Assembly: GCF_011745625.1 (NCBI RefSeq)
Contig: NW_027191479.1
Location: 62,001-126,000 of the forward strand
Length of the DNA: 64,000 nucleotides
Reading direction: 5' to 3'
Source of the DNA: Cladosporium halotolerans
Lineage: Eukaryota
The notes under the pieces were generated by a model. The model worked only from the letters and a program-made list of their open reading frames with translations, was not told the origin of the DNA and searched no databases. A program made the position numbers and the translations under genes. Of the stretch, positions 24,362 to 36,043 are shown one piece after another. Position 1 is the first letter of the stretch. Every line of letters begins with the position of its first letter.

Positions 24362-25009
24362 AATAATAAGCCCAGCTCCGAAGTTCCGAAGCTTTGCCGA
24401 CACCACCAAACAGCTCTCCGGCTTGTCACGTTTGAGCAAGTCGATGCACGTATGAAGTACAAATACGCAACGACTAAATCTAAGAAATACAGTCTGGACA
24501 ATTGATAGAAAGTCTTATGATCGTGTCAACACCTGACTTACTACTTGTGAAACAAACACGCCGAAAACCGCATACCAGTAGATCAGACACTAAAGAACGT
24601 TCATTCAGGGCGTCCAAAAGCCCTCATACCAAGATTGATCGTAATGTAATGTAAGGCACCTCTAGAAGCTGAAGAAAAAAGAGCAGAGATAATCTCGCAG
24701 CCACATCTACCATCGTGATGCCGCAATGAACGCCAGGCCTCGATAATCAAAAAAAAATCCAACCATCGCTATGCTCCGGAGCGCGCCTCAAACAAACGCA
24801 AATCGCCAGCCAAATGCTCAAAATGTGATACCATTCCCCTCCCGTTATTCTCCCACGTCTACTGTCCCCATCGGACACCCCGTTCTCTCGATCGACATCA
24901 AATCTCAGCTCGCGAGAGCGCCCATCTACACCCATATAGCCAGCCAAATCCGATCCAAAACCCAAATCCGAATCCAAATCGTCACATCCTTATTACCGAT
25001 TTCAGCCTC

Positions 25010-26968
25010 TCAAGTCCTCGCCCTCAACATCCTCAGCCGCGCATCCTCCTCCGTCCCACTCCCACTCCTAGCCGGCGGACTGCCCACACCCGCTCCCTGC
25101 AAAGGACTCATGCTCAGCCCCGCAAACGCCACGGCGGGCGCGCTCGTCGGCGGAGGCGCGCCGCGCACATGCGCCTGCCCGGGCCTCTGCAGCTGGAAGG
25201 GCGGCGCCAGCTGCGCGCCTCCTGCTCCGCCGCCGGGCTGCGGCGAGGGCGGGCGCGACGTCGCGTCGAGGTAGCTGGGCGGGCCCTCGGTGTAGGGCGT
25301 CATGGTGCCCGAGGTGCGGAGGGCGGCGCCGTAGGAGGGCACGCGGCTGAGGTTGTTGACGTCGTAGTCGGACTGGTGGATTTGGTCTGCATGGTCGTCG
25401 TCGGAGGCGCGGCGGGAGAGCGGGGCGGAGTGGTTGGGGGATTGGCCGACGGAGGCGAAGTAGGAGCCTGGGTGGGAGTTGGGGATGGAGCGGGAGAGGG
25501 GGGAGGGGGCGTCGAGGGGGGCCGGCGAGGTGCCGCCTGAGGGGGAGTGGCGGTTGGAGAGGTTGCTTTGCTGGTATTGGAAGTTGGAGGGCCCGCGTTC
25601 TTGCAGGTCTGCGAGGCGGGAGTGGAGGATGGAGGGGAGGGCGGAGCCGTGGTTGTGCGGGCTGGAGGCGCCTGAGGGGCCGGGAGGGGAGGTGTGGCCG
25701 TCGACGACGCCGTTGAGGGAGGCGATGTTGTCGTGTGAGCCGCGGCGGGAGCCGGCGTAGATGCCTGCTGGGGTGGCGGAGCCGGAGCCCGCGCGGGTGA
25801 TGTAGCCTGCTGGGTCGATGCCGGAGAAGATCTGGTCGAGCTGGTGGCGGCCGTATTCGGGTGGTGCGGTGAGGGAGGTCTCGTTGGTGTTGATTTCGGC
25901 GTCGCTGATGCCGTTGATCGTGCCGCGGACTTCGTTGGATTCGTCCACGGGGAGGTTGGGTGATATGAAGAGCTTGACGGGCAGTCTGCAGACCAGCTGC
26001 GAGACGTGGCCTTCTGGGTTGTGAATGTTGACCATCAGCTTGAAGCGATGTGTGACGTTGATCTGGTGCGAGTCGACGTCTTGTCGACACTGGTTCAGCG
26101 ACTTCGGCAAAGGCAGCGTCGCCTGGAACCTGTACATCTCGTCCGCCATCATAGGGTTGTCGACCGTCTCGTCTTCGTACGTCACCCGCGAGTGCTCGGG
26201 GAACTCCATGTCCGTCTTCGCGACCTCCGTCTCTTCAGACTTTGACCTGTCGCCTCGTATATCCGGCACCTCGCTGGCCTGTATCCGCTTCACCACCGTC
26301 TCCATCAACCTCAGCTCCACCTTCCCCAGCCTGATCCCCTTCTTAATCGGACTCAACTCCACGTCCGCAGTAATCGACGTGCCGAACACAATCGCATCCG
26401 ACGGGATCGAAATGCTATAACTGATCTTGTTCGCCCAGATATCCGCATTGACCCTACTCCTCGTCATCTCCATGCTGTCCTGGCCCAGCGTGCGCACAAT
26501 GCGAATGTGCTCCTGCGCGACGATGTCCTTCGCATTCCAGCCCGGCCGCGACACGCTGGCGTGCAAGTGGTAGACGATGAAGGTCTCGCGCAGGCCCTCG
26601 ACGCTCTCGGGCATGGAGGGGTCGAGCTCGAACTCGAAGGGCCACTCGATGACGCCCGCCTTCACTTTGTGCGTGCTCTCGATGCCCATCTTGTGCTCCT
26701 GGTTCCAGAAGACGCGCTTGTCGACGACCTCGCCGGCGCTCATGCCGCCCATGAACCACCAGCTGATCTTGCGCTTGCCCTCGAGGCGCACCTTGGGCTT
26801 GAGGATGCTCATGGCCTCGGGCGCGGTGAAGCGCACGGTTCCCGTCAGCTTGACGGTTTGCGCCTCGTGCTCGCTGCCGTTGAAGACGATGAACTGCGAG
26901 TCCGGCAGGATCTCCAGCGTCGCTTTGGGCTTGCTGCTGCCGATGTGGGGTCGCGGTGTGTGCACCAT
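25010..26968 (-). CDS. Alpha-arrestin (CreD/Rod1-like Rsp5 adaptor)
   Basis: Arrestin N/C domains (WPFEFELDPSMPESVEG, NADIWANKISYSISIP, HNPEGHVSQLVCRLPVKLFISP); PY motifs PPEY, VPSY, PPSY. Confidence 0.9.
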   Translation of the reverse strand: MVHTPRPHIGSSKPKATLEILPDSQFIVFNGSEHEAQTVKLTGTVRFTAPEAMSILKPKVRLEGKRKISWWFMGGMSAGEVVDKRVFWNQEHKMGIESTHKVKAGVIEWPFEFELDPSMPESVEGLRETFIVYHLHASVSRPGWNAKDIVAQEHIRIVRTLGQDSMEMTRSRVNADIWANKISYSISIPSDAIVFGTSITADVELSPIKKGIRLGKVELRLMETVVKRIQASEVPDIRGDRSKSEETEVAKTDMEFPEHSRVTYEDETVDNPMMADEMYRFQATLPLPKSLNQCRQDVDSHQINVTHRFKLMVNIHNPEGHVSQLVCRLPVKLFISPNLPVDESNEVRGTINGISDAEINTNETSLTAPPEYGRHQLDQIFSGIDPAGYITRAGSGSATPAGIYAGSRRGSHDNIASLNGVVDGHTSPPGPSGASSPHNHGSALPSILHSRLADLQERGPSNFQYQQSNLSNRHSPSGGTSPAPLDAPSPLSRSIPNSHPGSYFASVGQSPNHSAPLSRRASDDDHADQIHQSDYDVNNLSRVPSYGAALRTSGTMTPYTEGPPSYLDATSRPPSPQPGGGAGGAQLAPPFQLQRPGQAHVRGAPPPTSAPAVAFAGLSMSPLQGAGVGSPPARSGSGTEEDARLRMLRART

Positions 26969-29756
26969 GGTGGGCGGTGTTGGAGGGCCTGTTTTGGGCG
27001 CGGAAGAATATGGGACACGCCCTCGGAGGGGCGAGGATGCTCAGCACCGGCCAATGCCGGTCGTGTGTGTCGTGAGGTACGTCTAGAGAATGCGAAAGGA
27101 TGGAGTGGCGGCGAGGCGCGACAGGCGGGGTCGGCGTCGCACAGCGGTATCGGCGGTGGGCAGGTAGGTAGGTCGTGGTATAGCAAGGATGAGCAGGTAG
27201 ATCGGTAGTGGGTAGGCAGGTGTGTCAAGGCAAGCACTTCAGGCTAAGCACAGCACAGTAAGGTATACAAAGGTGAGGTACTTCGGGCAGGCTGGACCTG
27301 GAAGTTTTCCATAGGGCAGAGGGCAGTGCTGCTACTGGGCGGATCTCATGGGCAGGCGAGCGCTGGCGCCAAACAGTCATGAGCTTATCGCGCGGACGAG
27401 TTTCTTCGGCCAGGATGACGTGCCGCGCAAGCCCTCAACGCGAGCGCAGCGCCCGACCTCGATGGCGCAAGCCGACGTCCATGCTCGCGAGCCTGCGACT
27501 GCTGAGACATCCCGCGGGCGAAGAACGGCTAGCAGCACCGACTACCTGCTCCCGACACGCACTCGCCCGGCGCCGACGGTGCCGCGTATCTCCTGCTGCT
27601 GCAGGTCCATCCGCAGCACGCCGCGACGAGAGCGTCGATACAGCGCATGGTGCCGTCACAGCAGCGCCCCAAGGTTTGCGCAGACAGCACGGCGAGCCAG
27701 AGATGGTGGATGGCCCGGGTGGAGCCTGGCAGCAGTGGGCCGGGTCGCAGGAGGCTGCACGACTAGCAAGCAGCGCAGACCTGCGAAGCACAACCGGTCG
27801 CTCGCTGGCCGGCGATCTGGTCGCGCAGTAGAATCTCAGACGGACCCTGGACCGCAGCGGGCCGCGGGCAGTGCAGGTTCTGCCGTGGAGTCGCCGCCGG
27901 TCGCGAGACGCCACAATCTGCAGCCCGGTCGGTTGTGTGTATCCCTCGCCGGGCGAGTAGGTACTCCTGCCGCAGCTCGGGTAGCAGAAATCATGTGAAC
28001 GTGATACACAACTGCAGAGAAGCAGCCGGGCGAATCCTGTAGCTTACACGTGCAACAAGACACCTTCACATGCTCGGCAAGATCCGACCACACAGAACAA
28101 CCACCGTTCAGCCCAGCCCAGCCCCTCCCTCGTACATACATACATGCACGCAGCGAGGAAAAAATTCCCGCGCAAACCATTGCGCGTCCCGCCAACACGT
28201 TCACACGCCCACCCCGTCAACATCACGTACACACGCCCACCAACAGATCCGGCAAGCGCAAGTCCCCCCTATGTAGCGTACATACCTAGCCCATCTCCAA
28301 TTTTCTCCCGATCCGCCACACCCACACCCGAGTCGCAAAGCAGCGCCGCAGAGAGACCGGCCCACCGAAACCAAGCTCGTCGTCCACGAGGAAAGCAGTT
28401 CGGCTTTCGGCGGGCACGTGCCAAACGGCAGCGTCTCTTGCACCCCTACTTTTTTTCGCGTTGTAAGATATTATGGGTCTTGAGATTTTTCCGCCCATGT
28501 TCCCAAAACACCTGTGCGCAAGTGTTGGGCTTTGGCGATGTGCGTTGGTGATGAATGGATGGGACGTCTAGACGCTGCTGTCGACGGAGTCGGGCGAGAT
28601 TCTCGTCAGGGTGATAGCGGCGGTGTGGATGCGCTTTTTTCTTTTTCTCCTCCCTTGCGAGTGATTGCCGCAAGGATGCCAGACAACGGCAGGCAGAGTT
28701 TCAAGATAGATAGCTGCTGGCCGACGGCGACGCGAGGGAGGCCGACGACGTTGGCTGCAGCCGGCCTACACAAGCGTGTTCCTGTCCTCGTCCCGCAACG
28801 CACGCGTCGACCACATACAGTGTAGCCTTCGCGCCGAACGAGACTGCCGTCTCGCAATCTCTTTCCTTCTAAGCGGCGAAACGCCCTGTCGCGAAGCACT
28901 AGGTACTCACCTCTCATCAAGCTTTCTGCACACTGGGATGCAACCACCACTCCAGCCACCTTACCCAGCCGAAGTATCGTCCCTCCAACACCCGAAGGCA
29001 ACGTATTCCCCCGTCGAAGAGCTCTCCAATTCTCCCGACCGTACAGTAGACTTTGCCTGTCTCTCTGTCTCCCAGACCCTCACAACCGCGGAAGGAAAGC
29101 AGCACCGCCAACAGCTTACTGTACCTAGCAAAAGTGGGTCGAACAAGCAGCCAGCCAGCCAGCCGTGCCAGCTACCGATCGAAACGAACGGCCCACCGAC
29201 TTCACCTCACCTCATCTCACCTCCCTAGCATAACAACATGTTCTACCGTACACCCACCAATCTCAAACAAAAACCAAGTGACTCCGTGAACAGACTGGAA
29301 GGTTTAGGAAATCAATCTTCAGAAGTCTATTGATCTATCAAAAATAAAGCCATCTTAGGAGGGGTATCAGGGTATGTGAAGCTGCAGCAAAACCCGCTCT
29401 GCTGCCGTAACCCTGTTCCTGTTCCGTGTTCGTGTCTTAAAACCCCGTTGTGCCATTTCGCATTCCGCGCGCCGCCGCATCACCTGTCTGTGGCCCAGGG
29501 AAGTCGAGGGCAGGTAGAGGAAAGTCCGCATGATGAGAGTGGTTTAGCCCGAGCCAAAAAGCAGCAAAAGCAAAAGCAGCAAAGTTGGAGCAAGCGAGCA
29601 GGGGGAGGACGTGAGGGACCTGGAGCGCCGTTGGTGGTGTAGGCTCTAGGTTTCGTGTGTCGGTCCCCGCTGTTGCTCGACTGGTTGTGGTAGGAACAAC
29701 TGCCTGTGGCGAGAGTGTAGCTCGTCCGGAGACGAGTGAGTCCCGGCCGCAGCTGT

Positions 29757-30919
29757 TTACCAAATGCTGTAGCCGCCGTCGATGAGGCAGTTGTTGCCGG
29801 TCATGAAGGCAGAGCCATCAGAGGCAAGGTAGACGGCGAGGTTGTTGAGGTCATCAACAGAGCCGAGACGCTTCTGCGGGGTCTGGTCGATCCAGATGCG
29901 CTTCTGGGCGTCGAGGGCGGGGACGCGGTTGAGGGCCGTGTCCATGTAGCCCGGGGAGATGGAGTTGACGCGAATATTGTAGCGGGCCCACTCGGCGGCG
30001 AGAGACTTGGTCAGCTGGACGACGCCGGCCTTGGAGGCGTTGTAGCAGGATTGCTCCTGCGGGTAGTTGACGACGGTGCCGGACATGGAGGCGATGTTGA
30101 TGATGGAGCCGCCCTTCTTGGACTTGATCATCTGCTGGCCGACGGCCTGGGCGACGAGGAAGGTGCCGGTGATGTTGATGTCAATGAGGCGGCGGAACTT
30201 CTCGTGGTCGTAGACCTCGGCCTTGATGTTGGAGCTGGTGGGAAAGTCAGTGGTTGGTCAATTGTTTCAATGACGATGTACGACTTACTCGGCGATACCA
30301 GCGGCGTTGATGAGGATATCAACCTGGCCGTAGTGATCGACGACATCCTGGATGGTCTGACCCATAGCCTGGCCATCGCGGACATCGATGCGGTAGAAGC
30401 GGACGTCGACGCCAGTCTGGTCGCTAAGATCACGGGCAGCCTTGTCTCCGAGCTCCTGTTGCACATCCATAATGGCAATGCCTCGGACACCGACCTCAGT
30501 GAGCGCCTGCGCCATGTTGTAGCCAAGGCCACGGCCACCGCTGTGAAGCATTGTCAGTGAGCTGGAAATGATTGAAGCAAGTGATGTCGGAACACCTACC
30601 CAGTGACGACGGCAACCTTGCCCTGAAGGCAAAACTTCTGCAGAGTGGGAGTGAGCTGCTGGTAGACGCCTCCCTTGAGCGGGACGGCCTTAGTCTCGAT
30701 GTCGCCAACAGGCGAAGAGACCGGCTTGCTCTCGTCGACCTGGATATCCTGAGTGACACGCTGGCCCTTCTCGTAGTGGACAACGGGGATATGATCCTCC
30801 GAGGCATCGTCCTTGCGGATGACGGTGCTCTTGAAGGTGCGGATGGGCATGGAGGTGACTGCGGGACGGATGCCAGCGCCAGCGCGGCTCGCGACGCGGA
30901 ACGAGGAGCGAGCGAACAT
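29757..30919 (-). CDS. Short-chain dehydrogenase, D-arabinitol 2-dehydrogenase/sorbose reductase-like, with a predicted mitochondrial presequence
   Basis: VTG|GGRGLG, NAAGIAD, IASMSG..VNYPQEQSCYNASKAGV, NSISPGYMDT; introns 30541-30599 and 30235-30288. Confidence 0.9.
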
Positions 30920-32682
30920 GGTAATGAGAATGGGTGTTGTGTAGGTTGTAGAGGGTTGTGAGTCGATTGGTGAGTTGCTGTTGCTGTGTAGCTTGTGGTT
31001 GGTGTGGGTGGTTGTAGGTTTGTATGTCGGTGGGAGGTTGTCAAAAGGTGAAGTGGCGGATCAGGAGAAGGAAGGAAGGAGCCAGTCTTTGCAAGGTCAA
31101 GTGACGAGGTCCAAACGGAAGCGCACGTGCAATGACCGCCGTTTGGCAAGGGTCAGGTGGTATTTGGAGGGAAAGGAGGAGTGAGGTGAGGCAGATTGGG
31201 AAGGAGGAGACGAGACGCGGCGGCGCAGTGAAAGAAGAGGAAGTCGCAGATGAGACGAGAGTGAGCACGGCAGCAGGTGATCGGCTCAGGTCAGTAAACA
31301 AAGCGGGAGACGACTCTCACATGAAAATAATAGGACCGATCGGCCGTCGGTGTAGGAGAGGCTCTCGTGGCAGGCCTGACAGGGAAGGCCAGGGATTGAC
31401 AGTGATGGCGGCTCGGTCTCGCGCAGAGCACGCTGATCGCACGCGGCTCGCTCGCTCGCGCTCTATCGCCATTTCGCCTCGTGTCGCCGTCACCGCGCAT
31501 GGCGCTGCGTGGCCCTGCGCAGCTCCAGGGTGGGCATGGGCAGTGGCGACCCAGCCCAGGCCGGCATTGATAGAGTGCCTGAGCACAAGCAATGATACCT
31601 TAGAGCGCCTGAGCACGAGTGCGCTGCTGCCCTGACGCGCCTCCGCGAAACGCCTGTCGACTCGCGCCGGACTAGCAGCTCTAGCGGACTGGAGCTGATA
31701 CCGGGGAAGGGCGCGCGAGGTGTCGGCGGTGGCCCCGGCGAGCAGCGCGTCTGGGGGCGGTGTGGGCCAGACCTGGGGATGGTGGAGTGGAGAGTGGGAA
31801 AGAAGGCAGGTGCAATCAACGCGGCAGCCATCACTCTCGGTATCACTCCGACTCAGACGACGTTCGACTCGCGGGCGGCGTTGCAGGAAACGGCACCGCC
31901 ATTGGCTGCCGGCATGTCGGTGTGATCGGCTCGTCCTTTCCGCTGCACCGGCGATCCGCCCTTCGCGTGCCGCGGGAGCCAATCTGGCATGCCGCGCGGG
32001 AGGGCGTTCAGGAACCCGGCCGCCGGCGTGTGGTTTGGGGGAGATGTCTGTTTTACCAAGAAACTTACAGACACGCGGCTCTGCCGGGGAAGCCTTCCCT
32101 GTTATTAGCCGGGCGTTGGCGTAATCGCATGAACTTCGTTAAGCCCGCATTCGCTCCTCCTGCCCGGTATTGAGTCCGCCGAAGCCGGAGGGGTGTAGCG
32201 AAGGGGTGGGGGATCGTATCAAAAAGCTCGGAACCTGGAAGGTAAGGCTGAGTTGCTGTCTCGACTGGGCCCTGGAAAGGAGGCATGGCGTGGGTTTGGT
32301 GGATATTAGATCATCTTTCACTCGAACGCCCACACGTCAGCATAGCCATGGCTTCCGATGCAGTGAATAATGAAGTCGATTTTGGTCTGTCAGGCAAGTC
32401 TGCAAATGGGCTGCCGACCCATGCGCCATGTTCACAATGCCAAAGGTCACCCATCACGACGAAGTTCAGTTGATGGCAGACGACGTCATGATCAAGCATC
32501 ACCGGTCTCTCACAGCAGATCCACAGCAGTAGGTCAACGGCTTGCTTTCACCCACCACCAAAAAATCACGAGCTCCTACATCTGAGGCTGAAAGCTTACA
32601 AAGCTTACCTCCTACTTCAATCACCAACTACACCTCGTTACCCCTCACCACACCCACCGCAACCCACAACCCACAACCAGCC

Positions 32683-33483
32683 ATGGCCTCCTCAGTCGAC
32701 CCCTCCCTCCCCCCTCTAAAGCCCACCTACCCCCCCTCCAAACCCTCCCTCGACACCGAATCCCCGCAAACCCGCGCCCTGATCTCCCACCTCAACCTCC
32801 AACCCCACATCGAAGGCGGCTACTTCGTCGAAACCGACCGCGACGCCCGCCGCGTCCCCAACCCCTTCAGTACGTCCTCTCCTCTCCCCTCCCTCCCCCG
32901 CCCAACCCAAATTAACCCTCTCCTCACAGCTCACTCCCTCACCGGCAAAACCCCCACCGCAGACACCGACATCCTCGTCTCCTCGCGCGCCGCCAGCACC
33001 ACAATCCACTACCTCCTGACCCCCTCGTCCCCGCTCGGCGCCTTCCACCGCAACCACGGCCGCACCGTGCACACGCTGCACCGCGGCCGCGCGCGCTACG
33101 TCATCATCCACGCCGACGAGGTCGCGCCCTCCGACCGGCCTGGTGGATACGGCTCCGAAGAAGAGGACAGCGTGCCGGAGAAGAGACTCTGGACGGGCAA
33201 GGCGCGCGTGGAGACGTTCGTCGTCGGCCCGGACGTGCTGGGCGGGGAGCGCGTGCAGTGGATTGTCGAGGGGGGGAAGTACAAGTGCTCGTTTTTGCTG
33301 GAGGATTTGGATGCTGAGGGGGGGAAAGGGAAGGGGAGGGAGAGCGGCGGGTGTTTGATTAGCGAGACGGTTGTGCCGGGGTTTGAGTTTGCGGATCACG
33401 ATTTTATGAAGGTTGGGAGGGCGGAGGCGCTGTTGACGCAGGAGCAGGTTGAGGAGATGGGGTGGATGGTTAGGAAGGAGTGA
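32683..33483 (+). CDS. DUF985 (Cupin_5) family protein
   Basis: LNLQPHIEGGYFVETDRD, ASTTIHYLLT, FHRN, VQWIVEGGKYK, LISETVVPGFEFADHDF. Confidence 0.88.
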   Translation: MASSVDPSLPPLKPTYPPSKPSLDTESPQTRALISHLNLQPHIEGGYFVETDRDARRVPNPFSTSSPLPSLPRPTQINPLLTAHSLTGKTPTADTDILVSSRAASTTIHYLLTPSSPLGAFHRNHGRTVHTLHRGRARYVIIHADEVAPSDRPGGYGSEEEDSVPEKRLWTGKARVETFVVGPDVLGGERVQWIVEGGKYKCSFLLEDLDAEGGKGKGRESGGCLISETVVPGFEFADHDFMKVGRAEALLTQEQVEEMGWMVRKE

Positions 33484-33938
33484 GGTGAGGAGAGGAGGGT
33501 GGGTGGATGGGCTCTTTGGTTGTGAAGAGGCTATTGATGGTGATTACACGGCCGCTGCTGCGAATGCGCGCGCGGTTTGGTATAGTGCGGTATGTGTGTG
33601 ATGAAATACAAAAATTGACGACCCGGTGCGCCTCCGCTTATGCATCTTTGCGGTGTGAAAGCCTTCTCGGCTGTGTCCCAGACTCTTGTAACGCCGAAAG
33701 TGAGATATAACTCCATCTTTGCACGACCTTCTCTTTCCCTGGTCGGTTCTTTCCTTGTATCCGTTAGAGTCGTCCATCTTGTTTCCCGCGTATTGTACGC
33801 GCAGCTTCAAGTGGCTGTTCGTCCGCCCATCCCTTCAACAGGCTGTGCTTGGAGCACTTTGCGAACAGCTTCGCTCTCAGCTGTGTTTGCTGTCGATCGC
33901 CTAAAGTCTCCCAGATGTTGCTTGTCAACGCGCATCGT

Positions 33939-34082
33939 CTAAGCTTCCTCTCCGCTAGTGGAAGAACCGCCGCCGCGGCCTCTGCTGAATCCCGACTGAA
34001 GGCGGTAGATGAGGTAGCCGATGATTGCGAGAACGAGCAGAAGAACGATCACGATGATCGCGATGACGATGTTGCCTGACAT
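33939..34082 (-). CDS. Putative 47-aa single-pass membrane microprotein
   Basis: acagccATG context; MSGNIVIAIIVIVLLLVLAIIGYLIYRLQSGFSRGRGGGSSTSGEEA*; mostly C/G-ending codons as in neighbouring genes; too short for the ORF track. Confidence 0.65.
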   Translation of the reverse strand: MSGNIVIAIIVIVLLLVLAIIGYLIYRLQSGFSRGRGGGSSTSGEEA

Positions 34083-35122
34083 GGCTGTGAAGGTATGTGG
34101 TGGTGACGTCTGCTAGGGAGGAGAAGATCGGGTTCGAGGATGCGAGGATGCGAGGGCTGGCTTGGAGGGTCTTTGGTTGCGTTGCTGGGCTTTGGATGTG
34201 ATTGTTGGATTTTTGCTCTTCCACTGATTGTGATACAGAGTGTCCCTTTGAATTCAGTCTTGTGCAGTGCTACAAGCTCGCGAGCTGTCGGTGTGTATTC
34301 GTAGCTGGCGTGATCCAAGAGCCCAGCTTCAAAGCGTTCAGTCGAGCTTGCGTCGGACCTCGATTCCCGCAATTGCGAGCAAAGAACTATGGCTTTATTT
34401 CGTGATATTCGTAACGATAGCTGTGATGTGGAGTAAGGGTTCGGTGACAGAGACAGGAACGCAAACAGAAGAAGGCGCCATTTTGTTCGGGGTGGAGTGC
34501 GTGGCGGGCGCTGGCTGGTGGCTGGTCTTGCAACTCGATGGCTGGGCTCGCTTGCGCTCGAGCACCAACACCGCCGCGTCACGGTGTGATAGCTGCGAGT
34601 CATTGCATAGTAATACTTACCTACTCTCTATACTCATAAAAGAATGAGAGTAGTAGATGATACGTCAGGCATAATATTCGTCTGGAATCATGGATGTTGC
34701 TCGTCTGTTGACATGTGAAGAAGACTGTCGCGTCAAGGTTCATGTGGCGCTCGGGCATTCCCTCGCAGGGCTGCTGCCTGAACCCCACACGCGCGGATCC
34801 ACCCCCGGGCTTTGGTCGCGATCGTCGTCAACTAACATCATCAACTTTACATCCACCAACGCCGGCAAACCATCGCTGTCTATGTGTCTCGCTTGCATTA
34901 TTGTTGCGCTGAACGGCCGACAAATTCATTCAAAAAGTCTTTGAGATCCGAAGGATGGTCGTAAGCGACTCCCAGTCCGACAACCGATCAGGAAGTTCTA
35001 TCGACTTCTTTGATTGCCTGTCGAAGTGGACAGCTCCACCAGAACAAAACGATCGATCCCTTATCCCGGGTAGTTTCTTGCTTAGTACATGATTGCTGAA
35101 ATCATATTATCAGACCGCGGAC

Positions 35123-36043
35123 ATGAATAGCTCAAACTCCCACCGGTTGCCAATACCGGTGGAGACGTCGCATGTGGTCCATCGTAACCCACCAGCGCAA
35201 AATCCGCAAGAGCCGCAGAAACTGCCTCTGGCGATCCATACTTGTGACCGTAGTGACGGATGTGCTGCGAGAAAGGTTTTCGAGACCAATGAGCTTCTCG
35301 AGGGCGTGCTTGGATACGTCTCAACTACTGACATCCTATCCCTGCGCCTGGTTAACAAGCAATGGGCTTCCTTGGTCCAGGCCTCACCAACCCTCCGCCT
35401 ACACCTGTTCGCCGATGCTCAGTGGCCATATCCTGCAATGGACTTCGAGCTGCTCCCAGTGAGCATTCGCGGCCTGGAGATCCGCCGAGGCGATCCCGTT
35501 CATCTTGGTCACTGGATAGAAGTGAAAATTGACGTGAACGCGGCCGATCACATTTTGAACGACTCCTGCTCACCCCACAAGACTGTGGATACGATCAGAT
35601 GCACTAGCATGGGTATACTCAGTCCACCACAAGAGAGGCCCAAACTGCAACCAAATCAGGTCCAACCGCGCTACCACGACCTCCAAATCACACAACCGCC
35701 CATAACCAGCATCCAGGTCCAGACCTTCCTCGTCAGAAACACCAACAGCGCGTCACCATCAACCTCCGCAGGTTCCAACCGCAGAACGCACGACCCTCCA
35801 CGAGGGGCCGCGAAACTTCACTGCGACGCAGGCATCACTCTCGGCTTCCTCGCACGTACCGCTACGAATCTTCTGATCGCAGGCCCTTCACCCCTCGGCT
35901 CTAGCAGACTTTCCTTCCACACAGGCTCGCATGTTCTATTCCGCGCCATCGTCTCTTACTGTCAAACCGACATTGCGCCTAGGGAGCGCAGCCGGGCCGA
36001 GACAGTAACACAATTGCCAAGCGTACTTAGTGCATTTGAGTGA
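35123..36043 (+). CDS. F-box-like domain protein
   Basis: KVFETNELLEGVLGYVSTTDILSLRLVNKQWASLVQASPTLRLHLF; start codon inferred. Confidence 0.7.
   Translation: MNSSNSHRLPIPVETSHVVHRNPPAQNPQEPQKLPLAIHTCDRSDGCAARKVFETNELLEGVLGYVSTTDILSLRLVNKQWASLVQASPTLRLHLFADAQWPYPAMDFELLPVSIRGLEIRRGDPVHLGHWIEVKIDVNAADHILNDSCSPHKTVDTIRCTSMGILSPPQERPKLQPNQVQPRYHDLQITQPPITSIQVQTFLVRNTNSASPSTSAGSNRRTHDPPRGAAKLHCDAGITLGFLARTATNLLIAGPSPLGSSRLSFHTGSHVLFRAIVSYCQTDIAPRERSRAETVTQLPSVLSAFE

Noticed and set aside
24944..24980. (AAATCC/GAATCC)-type short repeats here and at 3866-3887
   Set aside because: Short degenerate 3'-UTR microsatellites with no spacers; not CRISPR-like or telomeric.
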